Below are positions 19,889 through 30,395 of a DNA stretch of 64,000 nt, in pieces. Every line of letters starts with the position of its first letter. Position 1 is the first letter of the stretch. The stretch lies in the IMG/VR virus record IMGVR_UViG_3300042307_000844; one strand, given 5' to 3'. Position numbers and translations under genes: made by a program. Source of the DNA: a virus. Lineage: Duplodnaviria; Caudoviricetes. The notes beneath the pieces were generated by a model that was not told where the DNA came from, ran no database searches, and was given only the letters and a program-made list of their open reading frames with translations.

Positions 19889-20478
19889 CAAGAACTGAAA
19901 TTATTAATGCGCTTATTGATAAGCATGGATATGAAGATTATCTGGAGATTGGCGTAAATACGCCATCACAACCGGGATATAATTGGGTGGGGGTGAAAGC
20001 TAGAATTAAACACGGAGTTGATCCTAATGTTGATACAACATATCGGATGACATCTGATGAATTTTTCGAGAAACCTTTATCACAGAATTATAGTATTATT
20101 TTCGTAGATGGACTTCATATTTTCGAACAGGTTTATCGTGATATTGTAAATTCTTTAAAATACTTGTCTCCAAATGGAACTATTGTCGTTCATGATTGTA
20201 ATCCCGTCACGGAAATCACACAGCGCAGAGAACGTGCTTCCGATGCGTGGCATGGTGATGTTTGGAAGGCTATTGTGAAGCTCCGCATGGAGGAAATCGG
20301 ACTCACCATCCACACAGTTGACACCGACGAGGGATGTGCTATTATCCGTAGAGGTAGTCAAATTCTACTTCCCGTTTCTTCTGATGAAGACCCATATGAT
20401 TATTCGTTTCTGGAAAGACGAAGGGTGGAAGCTCTGAATCTGATTGGTGTTGAAGAATTTAAGAGAATTTATCTATGA
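19885..20478 (+). CDS. Class I SAM methyltransferase (Methyltransf_24-like)
   Basis: YLEIGV, GVDP, IFVDGLH, VVHDCNP, GDVWKA. Confidence 0.85.
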   Translation: MTRTEIINALIDKHGYEDYLEIGVNTPSQPGYNWVGVKARIKHGVDPNVDTTYRMTSDEFFEKPLSQNYSIIFVDGLHIFEQVYRDIVNSLKYLSPNGTIVVHDCNPVTEITQRRERASDAWHGDVWKAIVKLRMEEIGLTIHTVDTDEGCAIIRRGSQILLPVSSDEDPYDYSFLERRRVEALNLIGVEEFKRIYL

Positions 20479-20684
20479 AACCTATGATAAAATGGCATCC
20501 AGCTTTTCGCTGGTCAGTTGGAGCTTTGATATGGATGTTCTTCATAGTTCCCGTTTGTGTAATTGGCTCGATATATTTGCTATTAACTGATACATTGGAA
20601 TCTATTGGTGATAGGTTTTCAGAGCTTGGCGATGTCTTAGGAGAAACTTTCGGAGGCATTTTATTCGGTGAAAAAAATTCATAA
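20475..20684 (+). CDS. Small membrane protein
   Basis: Hydrophobic stretch WSVGALIWMFFIVPVCVIGSIYLLL. Confidence 0.55.
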   Translation: MKPMIKWHPAFRWSVGALIWMFFIVPVCVIGSIYLLLTDTLESIGDRFSELGDVLGETFGGILFGEKNS

Positions 20685-21402
20685 AAATTTCGTAGTCGTT
20701 AGCGATTACAATTGGCTACCCGATAATCTTGAGGATTCTTGGGTTGACAGGTGGTGTGAGAATTATCTGATCTATGACCGCTATCATCGATTTCCCGAAT
20801 CGGATAAGGTGAAACATCAGAAGAATGTGGGGCAAAATGTTTATGATATGTTCCACTTCATTCTTGAGAATTACGATAATCTCCCCGATTCTACTTTATT
20901 CTGTCGAGCATGTCTGATGAATCAAAAAGATACGGGAACACCAAGGCACGATGAAAATGGTCGAGTTATTTCCAACGGAAATTGCACTGAAGAATTTTTC
21001 CTAAGTGTTGCCAACAATACAACATTCACAGAAATTCAGGATTTTACCACGGAGCCTTGGAGAATTAATAATGTGGCTAACAAGATCGGGGATGACAACA
21101 GCTACATGGAAATCAATAACTCTTGGTATTTTGGAAAACATCAAGGGAAATATTATTCAAACATCAACGATTTTTTCAATGACATGTGGGAGAATCCTGA
21201 GATTCCTGAGTGGTTCAGATTCGCACCGGGAGTGAATTATATCATCCCGAAGGAGTATATTTTGAAATACTCCAAAAAATTCTACCAAAGAATCCTTGAT
21301 ATACTTGGATGGGATGTTATTGTTGGGGAAGCTCACATGATTGAGCGAGCATTGTGGACAATATTCCATAATGATTGGAAAGTAAAAGAAGAATATAGAT
21401 AA
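20668..21402 (+). CDS. DUF3431-like protein (glycan-related)
   Basis: NVGQNVYDMFHFILENYDNLPD, FAPGVNYIIPKEYILKYSKKFY, AHMIERALW. Confidence 0.7.
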   Translation: MKKIHKNFVVVSDYNWLPDNLEDSWVDRWCENYLIYDRYHRFPESDKVKHQKNVGQNVYDMFHFILENYDNLPDSTLFCRACLMNQKDTGTPRHDENGRVISNGNCTEEFFLSVANNTTFTEIQDFTTEPWRINNVANKIGDDNSYMEINNSWYFGKHQGKYYSNINDFFNDMWENPEIPEWFRFAPGVNYIIPKEYILKYSKKFYQRILDILGWDVIVGEAHMIERALWTIFHNDWKVKEEYR

Positions 21403-21956
21403 TGCAACCAATACATTTAAGAAACATCCCCCCTCCTGCTGAAACATTCAACCATACTGAATTTTTCGATTTGTTATTCAAGTGGATTCGTCCAGAACAC
21501 TATCTAGAACTTGGTGTGCGGCATGGAGGTAATTTCGTCACGCTTGCCAAACACTGTAAGAAAGCGGTTGGAGTTGATATGATTCCCGCCGAATTTCCGG
21601 TGGTGGGTAATATGGAATACCACCAAAAAACAACTGATGATTATTTTGAATCATTAACTACTGAACAATTTGATGCCGTGTTTATTGACGCTGACCATTC
21701 CCACGAACAATCTTTGAAAGATTTTAACAATGTAAAAGATAGAGTGATCGAGGATGGATTTATATTTTTTCATGATACCTATCCTTGGGATTGGTCTATG
21801 ACTGACAGAGGGCAATGTGAAGATGTTTACAAAACCGCGAAATATATCAAACAAAATCTAATCGATGACTTTGAAATTGTCACATTACCATTCAATCCCG
21901 GTGTGACGATTTGTAAGAAGATTTCTAGAACAAAACAAATGATTTATGACTGGTGA
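21402..21956 (+). CDS. Class I SAM methyltransferase (Methyltransf_24-like)
   Basis: YLELGVRHG, GVD, FIDADHSHE, IFFHDTYP. Confidence 0.85.
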   Translation: MQPIHLRNIPPPAETFNHTEFFDLLFKWIRPEHYLELGVRHGGNFVTLAKHCKKAVGVDMIPAEFPVVGNMEYHQKTTDDYFESLTTEQFDAVFIDADHSHEQSLKDFNNVKDRVIEDGFIFFHDTYPWDWSMTDRGQCEDVYKTAKYIKQNLIDDFEIVTLPFNPGVTICKKISRTKQMIYDW

Positions 21957-22878
21957 GAAAATTTTCATAACGGGCGGTGCTGGATTTCTTGGTAGAAATT
22001 TAATTCGTCGCTTGCATCAAGATAATGAAATCACCGTGTATTCACGCGATGAGTCCAAACACTATTATCTGAAAAAGGAATACCCAAAGGTGAATTTTGT
22101 GGTTGGAGATATCCGCAATCGTGATCTGCTGATCAGAAAATCAAGACATCACACTGTGGGTATTTTCGCCGCATCCCTGAAACAGATTGAAGCTTGTAAT
22201 GATAATTATGAGGAAGCTTCAAAAATCATTATTGATGGTGCAATCAATTCCAGAATTGCGGCAGAGGAAAATAATTTCAAAGCTGCTTGCTTCATCTCAT
22301 CTGATAAAAGCAGAGCAGCAACTACAATTTATGGTGCAATGAAATATGTAGCTGGTGAGTGTTTCATTGCAGGAGAGTGGAGTCCTACCAAATTGACAAC
22401 AGCGGTCTATGGCAATGTTATGAATTCCACAGGTTCAATCATTCCGTTGATTTGGGAATATATTAAGAGTGGTAAGACGCTTTCCCTATACGGGGAAGAA
22501 ATGACTCGGTTTCTAATGGATGTGGATGATGCTGTTGATTTAATTTTAAAATCTACGAAATATAATAAATGTAACGTGATTCCTAGTCTGAGATCATTCT
22601 ATGTAATTGATATTTTTAACATTTATAAAGAAAAATTTGGTCTAAAATATGAGATATCAGAACCACGAACGGGGGAGAAGATACATGAAATCATGGCATC
22701 TTCCGAAGAAATTCGCCGGATGCGATATATGGATGGTGACGATTTATATTTATTATATCCAGATAAATGTGGTCATGACATTACATTTTTTAATAATGAA
22801 TATTCTTCAAGAGACAACTCACTTGAATATATAGAACTTGAAAGGTATTTAGAATCTAAAAATTATTTCAAACCATGA
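21946..22878 (+). CDS. NDP-sugar 4,6-dehydratase (PseB/FnlA/CapD-like, Polysacc_synt_2)
   Basis: TGGAGFLG, YSRDESK, AASLKQ, SSDK, YGAMK, YGNVMNSTGSIIP, MTRF, GEKIHE. Confidence 0.9.
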   Translation: MTGEKIFITGGAGFLGRNLIRRLHQDNEITVYSRDESKHYYLKKEYPKVNFVVGDIRNRDLLIRKSRHHTVGIFAASLKQIEACNDNYEEASKIIIDGAINSRIAAEENNFKAACFISSDKSRAATTIYGAMKYVAGECFIAGEWSPTKLTTAVYGNVMNSTGSIIPLIWEYIKSGKTLSLYGEEMTRFLMDVDDAVDLILKSTKYNKCNVIPSLRSFYVIDIFNIYKEKFGLKYEISEPRTGEKIHEIMASSEEIRRMRYMDGDDLYLLYPDKCGHDITFFNNEYSSRDNSLEYIELERYLESKNYFKP

Positions 22879-23675
22879 AAATTGTAGTATTTGGTAGCAC
22901 AGGAATGTTGGGGACTTATTGTGTGAAGTATTTTTCCCAAATGGGATACGATGTGGTCGGGGTGGATAGAACCACGTTAGACCTAACATCGGATCATAAA
23001 ACGATATTAGATTACCTACATCGGAACGTGACGGAAAATGATATTATAATCAACGCCGCTGGATGCATTCCCCAAAGAGTTAAAGATGATGATGTGATGT
23101 TTGCTGTTAATACCATATTTCCACATGTATTATCAAAATTTAAAATAGACGTTCCTTGCCAAATTATACATGTAAGCACTGATTGTGTTTATAGTGGGGA
23201 GCGCGGGTTTTATGATGAAAATTCCCCCCACGATTGTAAAGACACATATGGAAAAAGCAAGTCATTGGGGGAGCCTCAAAATCTCACTATCATTAGAACA
23301 TCGATCATTGGGGAAGAAATTCACAACAAACGGTCGTTATTAGAATGGTGTAAACGAGAATCTGATAATACTGTTCGTGGGTATGTCAATCATTGGTGGA
23401 ATGGTGTTACATGTCTGGAACTATGTAAGCATATGGAATATATCATCCGTAATTGGTATTTCTGGGCTGGGGTGACGATATACTACTCACCAGACACCCA
23501 CACAAAATATAATTTAATCAACATGATTTCGGATATTTTTAATCTAAATTTAACAATAATCCCAACTATTGGTAGTAAATGTTATCGAAATATGAAATCT
23601 ATTACTTCTCCGTGTTCATCTAAAACCATCAGGCAGCAGTTAATAGAATTGAGAAATTTTAATATATATTGTTGA
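22875..23675 (+). CDS. RmlD-like NDP-4-keto-6-deoxyhexose reductase
   Basis: GSTGMLG, INAAG, HVSTDCVYSG, YGKSKSLGE, RTSIIG. Confidence 0.9.
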   Translation: MKIVVFGSTGMLGTYCVKYFSQMGYDVVGVDRTTLDLTSDHKTILDYLHRNVTENDIIINAAGCIPQRVKDDDVMFAVNTIFPHVLSKFKIDVPCQIIHVSTDCVYSGERGFYDENSPHDCKDTYGKSKSLGEPQNLTIIRTSIIGEEIHNKRSLLEWCKRESDNTVRGYVNHWWNGVTCLELCKHMEYIIRNWYFWAGVTIYYSPDTHTKYNLINMISDIFNLNLTIIPTIGSKCYRNMKSITSPCSSKTIRQQLIELRNFNIYC

Positions 23676-23704
23676 ATTATTTGATTTGTCGCTAAATAAT
23701 CATA

Positions 23705-26700
23705 ATGAGATTGTTTAGCGAAAAGGTGTCTCCCACCTTAACTGACTCTCCTCTTAACATCATCAAAGTTCAAGATTTCTCGGAAATCTTTTTCGGTGTC
23801 TATGAGGTCGAGATAAACAAGAATAAATATCCAGTCGAAAAGATTTCCGAACACAACGGCGATCCGGTGGTGTCTATTCCAGTTGAGATGGGGGGTAAGA
23901 TAGCGAATTATCCCTTTGTTCTTACCAAAGGGAAATTTGAGGTTGTGTTCAATGAACACAGTGATTACGTTGATATTTTTGAATCCAAATTGGAGGATTT
24001 CTCCGAAGAGGAACCCGATGTAATAATTGAAAAAAATGAGATTTTTATTCCCGAAGTTATCGAAGATCGGAAAAATGAAATTCTTTTACAGATTCAAGAG
24101 GCAAAGAAAAATGCCCTGATTGCCGCCAAAAAGGAATTGGAAATCAGAAAATCCCGTCAAATCAAACAGATTCGGGAGGAATCAAATACCAAGAAAAAAG
24201 CACTTGAAAGCTATCTGGAGAGTGCGCGGGAAAATCTGGTTGATGAATTTACGATCATATCCCAACGAATCAAAAAAGAAGTTTTTGATAGTAATGATGA
24301 GAAATATTTGGAGATTCGGGAAACGATTGATAACAAGATTGAGGAGATACGCGATTCCCTTGATGAATCTCTGAAAAAAGACTTTAGTAAATCCTCCCAA
24401 CTGATTGACAAGTCCATCAAGCAATTGGTCAAGGATTTGTATGAAAATAATATCAATCCAAAAGTTGATAAAGAACTTCATGATATCGCGGTTGAAATTC
24501 ATGAAAAGGTTTCAGAGATTGATAATAATTTAAATTCCAAACTGAAAGAGAAAGCTGATCTTTCCTTACTTGAAGGAGTTGATAAAGAATTATCTGCGAT
24601 TCGGGATGCCAACATTGAACTCAACAATTCCCTGAACAAAGGTGTTCAAAAAGCCCTTTCCCGTGTGGGTAATGTTGATAAAAAAGTAATTCAAATTTCT
24701 GAAGAATTTGAAAGAAAACTGGATGAAAAGGAACAAGAAGTCGTAAGTTACTTTGATGAAAAGCTAGAATTGGTTAAGGAAGAAACCCTTGATATTACCG
24801 ACGAAGCTAGAAAATATTTTCAAAATCTAATTCAGGAAAGCAGAAATAATCTGCTTACGGAGATTCGTAAGATCAAAGCTGAAAAACCCGTTGAATACGT
24901 TTTGGAAACGAAGAAATCTGGTAAGGTTGTCAAGGATTGGGATTCGATTGAGAAGGAATGGAATACTAAAATTCATGATAAGATTGAGAATGTAAAGACC
25001 GATCTCCGTAAATATGTAGCTGTATATGCCTCTGGTGGGGGGACTAATGCCACCCAATACCAAGATGGGGGAACCATGAATGGTGACTTAACAGTGGTTG
25101 GAACCATCAGCGCATCACAATATCTTGGAATCCCTTATCCATCAGAGAATGATACATTAGATATTGTTACATCTAGGGGTAATATCACTAATAATTCAAT
25201 AAAGGTTAATAATCTTTCCGCCAATTCAGTCAATTTAACATCGGTAATAGAGGCATCAGCATTCATTACTAATGGCGGCACATCCTCGGAATTTGTAAAA
25301 GGAGATGGCTCTCTGGATAACACAAGCTATGTGAAGACAACGGATATGGCATCTACGCTTATCTTATATGCAACCAGTGCAGCTTCTGATATAGGCGGAT
25401 ATTCAAGATTAGTAACCTCAAATCTTGATCCAGATTATGACGATACGGCGGTCAATATTCCAACTGGGCCGATAACAGGAACGGATCAACTAATAGCATC
25501 ACTTATTCTTGATGCTGGTGTGATTGTGGGAGATGTTGGTATTTTTGCGACCACCACTATTGGTAATGTAAAAAAGGTTGCTGGTTCTGGTTCTGCTGGA
25601 GGATCGTTTCATTTTCATATCTACAAAAGGGATTCGGATGGAACCGAAGAATTTATAACTGCTAGCGATCCAACTAGCACTGTTACATCAGATTTTTATT
25701 CCGAATTTTCTAGTTCTGCCATTTTCAACAATGGTGTATTTGCCGATACTGATAGACTCGTTCTTAAATTTTATGGTTCCAAAGTCGGGGGTGGCAGTAG
25801 TGCTTCTTTTGAATTCCAATTCGGAGGAGAAACGCCTGTAAGAACTTTGCTTCCTGTTCCTGTAAGCGTCTTGCTTAGTGATTATGTACCATACACCGGA
25901 GCAACTGATAATGTTGATCTTGGATCGAGGTCATTGTCATCTTCAAAAGTATCTGTAAATGCAGGAACAGTAATCGAACCTTCTTATAACTTTACAAGTG
26001 ATGATAATAGTGGAATGTGGAGTCCTGCTTCCGATACGTTGGCGTGGTCAACCAATGGCGTGGAGAGGATGAGAATTAATGCTAATGGAAATGTCGGTAT
26101 AGGAATTACTTCGCCACGTTCAAAAATAGATATTGTTGGCAATTTGACACCTAACTCACATAGATTTAGTCAAAATTCGTTCGTTCTTGATGATACAGAA
26201 GGCTTGATGCAATTTATTGCCGCTGACTCTGCAAGTTATGCAGGTGGATTAGTATTCACATCTGCTCCGACATCAGGTAATAATAAACACTGGGGATTAT
26301 TTGCGGGTGGACCTAGTGTTTCAAATAATTTTTCAATAAGGTATGCAACTACGTCTAATAATACAACAGTAAATGTATTTAATGACACTGAACTATTCAC
26401 AATTCTTAAAACTGGAAATGTCGGTGTCGGGACAGCTACTCCAAATGAAAAATTAACTGTAGCTGGGAATACTTTTGTTACTGGCGGTTTGGGTATCGGC
26501 GCTACAAATACAGCAGCTGGAACTATACAACTTGGATCAAACGGTTCAAACGGCGCACCTTCTATTGGTTGGGAAACTACTGGGTTTTATAAAACAGCTG
26601 GTAATTCAGTTGTGTTCACAAGTTCTGGTGCAAATGCGACCACTTTTACCGCAGGTGGAGGTATTAGCACTTTAGGTAATGTTGCAGGTGGATCAGGGAC

Positions 26701-27727
26701 AGTAAATGCTCCTTCTCATACATTTACTGCGGAGTCAAGTTTAGGTATGTGGAGGGCTGGTACAAATATACTAGCTTTCTCTACGGCTAGTTCTGAGAGG
26801 ATGAGAATTGATGCTAATGGAAATGTCGGTGTCGGGACAACTACTCCAAATGAAAAATTAACAGTCTCGGGAAATATATCTGCCACCAATATATACTCCG
26901 GTAATATTGTATATAATACAGGTGATCAAAGTATTGCTGGCGATAAAACCTTCACAGATGACTTGATTTGTAATGGACAAATAACAGCACCAAACCAGAC
27001 ATCCTCAACGAGCGATTCGGTTATTACAAAAAGTCTAGGTGATCTCTTATATACCCAAGCATTTGGTGGTTGGTCTATTCATATAGATCAGAATACTGGA
27101 TGGACTCCTTCACTTTTAGGCAGTGGCACGGCAGCTGCGTTTGGCGGAAACATACTTGCTTGTAATACCTCCACAGTATCTGGAAACAGGGCAGCTATAT
27201 ATGCTGGTGGTTATGCGCCTTATACTTATTGTCCTCCGGGGGGGACACATGCCAATAATAGTAATAGTGGTGTATATTTTGATAGAAAATTGGTTTTTGG
27301 ATTCAGAATCACTCACAACTATGGCAGTAACCAAGGCATTGCCGCCAATGCGGAAGGTTATTTAAGGTTTGGGGGAAACCGTGGTGATACCACATTTGGT
27401 CCTCTTACCGAGGCGGGAATCGGTGTATTTATTTCCAATAGATTTTTATATGGAATGGTTCATAATGGAACATCTTTAAACCAAACAACACTTCCAATTT
27501 ATAATATGGCTGGATGGCCATATCCAGTTAATTACATTGAGATTTACAGCGATGGATTGGGAAATGTTTCATTTTTCAATAATAGAACTTTAATTCAGAC
27601 AATTTCAGGTGGACCTACAAGCAGAACCGGAACTGCAGGAACCGGAACATATTTCGGAGCAAGAACAAACGAGAACTTAAATCTATCATTATTTATCCCA
27701 CAGGGATTGACACTAACATACCTATGA
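23705..27727 (+). CDS. 1340-aa fibre/receptor-binding-like structural protein: N-terminal coiled coil plus Gly/Thr-rich fibre modules
   Basis: Late promoter; about 440 aa of Glu/Lys-rich coiled coil, then GGTMNGDLTV and repeated ERMRIxANGNVGVGTxTPNEKLTV modules typical of fibre proteins. Confidence 0.65.
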   Translation: MRLFSEKVSPTLTDSPLNIIKVQDFSEIFFGVYEVEINKNKYPVEKISEHNGDPVVSIPVEMGGKIANYPFVLTKGKFEVVFNEHSDYVDIFESKLEDFSEEEPDVIIEKNEIFIPEVIEDRKNEILLQIQEAKKNALIAAKKELEIRKSRQIKQIREESNTKKKALESYLESARENLVDEFTIISQRIKKEVFDSNDEKYLEIRETIDNKIEEIRDSLDESLKKDFSKSSQLIDKSIKQLVKDLYENNINPKVDKELHDIAVEIHEKVSEIDNNLNSKLKEKADLSLLEGVDKELSAIRDANIELNNSLNKGVQKALSRVGNVDKKVIQISEEFERKLDEKEQEVVSYFDEKLELVKEETLDITDEARKYFQNLIQESRNNLLTEIRKIKAEKPVEYVLETKKSGKVVKDWDSIEKEWNTKIHDKIENVKTDLRKYVAVYASGGGTNATQYQDGGTMNGDLTVVGTISASQYLGIPYPSENDTLDIVTSRGNITNNSIKVNNLSANSVNLTSVIEASAFITNGGTSSEFVKGDGSLDNTSYVKTTDMASTLILYATSAASDIGGYSRLVTSNLDPDYDDTAVNIPTGPITGTDQLIASLILDAGVIVGDVGIFATTTIGNVKKVAGSGSAGGSFHFHIYKRDSDGTEEFITASDPTSTVTSDFYSEFSSSAIFNNGVFADTDRLVLKFYGSKVGGGSSASFEFQFGGETPVRTLLPVPVSVLLSDYVPYTGATDNVDLGSRSLSSSKVSVNAGTVIEPSYNFTSDDNSGMWSPASDTLAWSTNGVERMRINANGNVGIGITSPRSKIDIVGNLTPNSHRFSQNSFVLDDTEGLMQFIAADSASYAGGLVFTSAPTSGNNKHWGLFAGGPSVSNNFSIRYATTSNNTTVNVFNDTELFTILKTGNVGVGTATPNEKLTVAGNTFVTGGLGIGATNTAAGTIQLGSNGSNGAPSIGWETTGFYKTAGNSVVFTSSGANATTFTAGGGISTLGNVAGGSGTVNAPSHTFTAESSLGMWRAGTNILAFSTASSERMRIDANGNVGVGTTTPNEKLTVSGNISATNIYSGNIVYNTGDQSIAGDKTFTDDLICNGQITAPNQTSSTSDSVITKSLGDLLYTQAFGGWSIHIDQNTGWTPSLLGSGTAAAFGGNILACNTSTVSGNRAAIYAGGYAPYTYCPPGGTHANNSNSGVYFDRKLVFGFRITHNYGSNQGIAANAEGYLRFGGNRGDTTFGPLTEAGIGVFISNRFLYGMVHNGTSLNQTTLPIYNMAGWPYPVNYIEIYSDGLGNVSFFNNRTLIQTISGGPTSRTGTAGTGTYFGARTNENLNLSLFIPQGLTLTYL
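26063..26862 (+). repeat. Near-identical direct repeats inside the fibre gene
   Basis: 36-nt repeat at 26063-26098 and 26795-26830 (1 mismatch); 45-nt repeat at 26413-26457 and 26818-26862 (1 mismatch). Confidence 0.9.
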
Positions 27728-28113
27728 TTACAAACAAAACACAAACACAAAAGGATATTGATCAGATTGAAAAACTAGCTGACAATACAATCAGAGCTTT
27801 AAAGGCGGCGGTTTCATCACTGAACAACTCTTTTGATTATTTTTGGAGTTTACCTAATGATAGACTCGAATCAGTTATAAATGAACTTTTAGTAAAAGGA
27901 GTTTTTGAAGATATATTCGAGAAACATTTCAAAACAGCTACAGCATTTAATAATATTCTTGCATCTAATGGAGTTATGGATATTAGATGCAAATCAGAAA
28001 TACCGAAGGTGATGACCTTCGATGTGGAAGGTGTAAAAATATCTGAAAAAACACATGAATCAGAAGCGATTATGGAACCTGTGATTGTAGAAGAATCTAT
28101 TCTCGAAGAATAA
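27724..28113 (+). CDS. Hypothetical protein coupled to the fibre gene (possible assembly chaperone)
   Basis: Overlaps the fibre stop codon; the function is a positional guess only. Confidence 0.55.
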   Translation: MITNKTQTQKDIDQIEKLADNTIRALKAAVSSLNNSFDYFWSLPNDRLESVINELLVKGVFEDIFEKHFKTATAFNNILASNGVMDIRCKSEIPKVMTFDVEGVKISEKTHESEAIMEPVIVEESILEE

Positions 28114-28121
28114 ATAATCCT

Positions 28122-28586
28122 ATGGGTTCTTTGGGATTATCAAAACGGAATAATAAGTTTCATCAAGGTTTCTACGCACCCAAAAATCTAAATAAATATG
28201 TCGGCAATATTGATAATATTATATACCGATCCGGTTTGGAATTAAAGTTGTTTCGCTTTTGTGATAATAATCCCAATGTGGTGGAATGGAATAGTGAGGA
28301 CATTATTGTGCCTTATTTCGATACTCTTTTGAAAAAGAATCGTAAATATTTTATTGATGCCTATGTAAAGATACAGGAAGGGGATATTGTCAAGAAATAT
28401 TTGGTGGAAGTCAAGCCTTGGAAGCAGACGCAAGAGCCGAAAGCTGGGAAGGGTAAGAAGAAATCCAATCTGTTATATGAACAGGTTGCTTGGAAAAACA
28501 ATTGTGACAAGTGGGCTTTCGCAAAAGAATTCGCCAAGAAACATGGGATGGAATTCATTATTATTACGGAAAAAGAACTAAATTGA
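28122..28586 (+). CDS. gp4: gp4 head-completion nuclease (TnsA-like)
   Basis: QGFYAPKNLNKYVG, IIYRSGLE, WNSEDIIVPY, YFIDAY, LVEVKPWKQT, N..KW. Confidence 0.9.
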   Translation: MGSLGLSKRNNKFHQGFYAPKNLNKYVGNIDNIIYRSGLELKLFRFCDNNPNVVEWNSEDIIVPYFDTLLKKNRKYFIDAYVKIQEGDIVKKYLVEVKPWKQTQEPKAGKGKKKSNLLYEQVAWKNNCDKWAFAKEFAKKHGMEFIIITEKELN

Positions 28587-28619
28587 TATCAAAGTCCATT
28601 CATGGGACTAAATAATACT

Positions 28620-30380
28620 ATGGGTGGAAAGTATCATAGTAATAAAGATGTTATAGATCATTTCAAAAGAATACACTGTGATAAATACGATTATTCATTA
28701 GTTCATTATACTGGTAATCTAAATTTAGTCGATATCATATGTCAAAAACATGGAGTATTTAAGCAGTCTCCAAAAAAACATAAAATAGGTCATGGGTGTC
28801 ATAAGTGTAATACCCAAAGAAAGCGAACTGAAGAGGAGGCAATTGAAGAGTTCAAAATAAAACACGGTAATAAATACGATTATTCGGATTTGGAATATAA
28901 AAACGGTTCCAGTCTGATTAAAATAGGATGCCCAACTCATGGGTGGTTTTATCAAAAAGCCAGTGAACATAAAATCGGTTATGGGTGTGCTAAATGTGCC
29001 AATCACGAGAAAAGTCCCCCATATGAAGAATGGTTAAATTCGTGTGTTGAAAGACATAATAATTATTATGATTATTCTATTTCAAAATACGAAACATTGT
29101 CTAAATCAGTTAGAATAATTTGCCCAAAACATGGAATTTTCACACAAAAGGCGGGAACACATAGAAATGGTAGTGGTTGTAAAAAATGTGGGGATGATAG
29201 AAAAAGTTTGAAATATCAACAATTATTTACCACGGAATCTTATATAGAAAAGTTAGAAGAAAAACATGGTGATAAGTATGATTATAGTAAGGTTAATTAT
29301 ACCACTTTAAAAAATCCTGTCACTCTTACATGTCCCAAACATGGAGACTTTACAAGATTTCCCCAAAATTTATTAAAAGGTGGTGGATGTGACAAATGTT
29401 TAGATGAAATCAGAGTTAAAAAATCTCTAACAAAAGTTAAAAAACATTTTAAACATAATAATTTCGAGTTGGTAATAGATGAAAGCAAGTTCAAGGGATT
29501 CAATAATGAGATATTTTTAACATGTTCAAAGCATGGAGAATTTGTAAGATTTCTTGATATGAATATTTTTGTTTTAAATCATCCGTGTTTAAAATGTGGG
29601 ATGAAGATATCAAAATTGGAACAACGAGTGTCCGAAACGTTGGACGATCTTGGAATATCACACATCCAACACACTAGATATAAAGATGATAACGGTAAAA
29701 TATACGAAATTGATATATTAACCCCTGATTTGAGTATAGGGTTTGAGATTAACGGACTTAGATATCATGGAGAAGTTATGGGTAAGGATTCTGACTATCA
29801 TAGGTGGAAAACCGAAGAATGTTATAAACGAGGTATAAAATTGACACACATTTATGAAAATGAGATTATAGGATCAGACCACTTCAAACACAAAATTTTC
29901 AGAGAATTGGGATTGAGAACCCAAGCAAATGACTCGTGTGTATTTGAATATGTTGGAGATGATTCCATAAATGATTTTATAATCAATAATCACCCATTGG
30001 GGTTGATGAAAAATTGTATTAATATGGTTTGTTGTAATGATGGAGATATATATGGTTGTATATCGTTTAAAGATAACACTGTATTAAGAGTAGCCAATAA
30101 ACACGATGTTGATATGTCTAAAGTGTTTCAATCTATGATAAGACAGTATATGAATGATCATGAATTAAATACAATAGTAAGTAATGTGTTATTTGATTGG
30201 GATGATCTTACACTATTTGAAGAATCAGGATTTATCGTCAAAGATACCATCGAACCAGTTTGTTGGAAATTTATCAACGCGAAACATGATAAGATTTACA
30301 CCCACGATGAAGAATTATTGGCTGATAATGTTGATAAATTTTGGGATACTGGTGGATATTTGATGGAATTTTTGATTTAA
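28620..30380 (+). mobile_element. Putative homing endonuclease: repeated Cys/His zinc-ribbon modules (DUF723-like) plus a PD-(D/E)xK-like domain
   Basis: KHGxKYDYS...CPKHGxF.Q...H..G.GC..C repeats; EIDI...GFEINGLRYH. Confidence 0.75.
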
Positions 30381-30395
30381 AACATAAATAAGAAC

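Noticed and set aside
14965-23675. T4-type hmC glucosylation pathway
   Set aside because: No dCMP hydroxymethylase, dCTPase or alpha/beta-glucosyltransferase motifs were recognised, and the enzyme set resembles surface-glycan biosynthesis. DNA modification is not fully excluded.
23705-27727. Diversity-generating retroelement acting on the fibre gene
   Set aside because: No reverse transcriptase is in the window. The repeats are short, in-frame, intragenic and differ at single positions, not a TR/VR pair with many adenine-specific differences.
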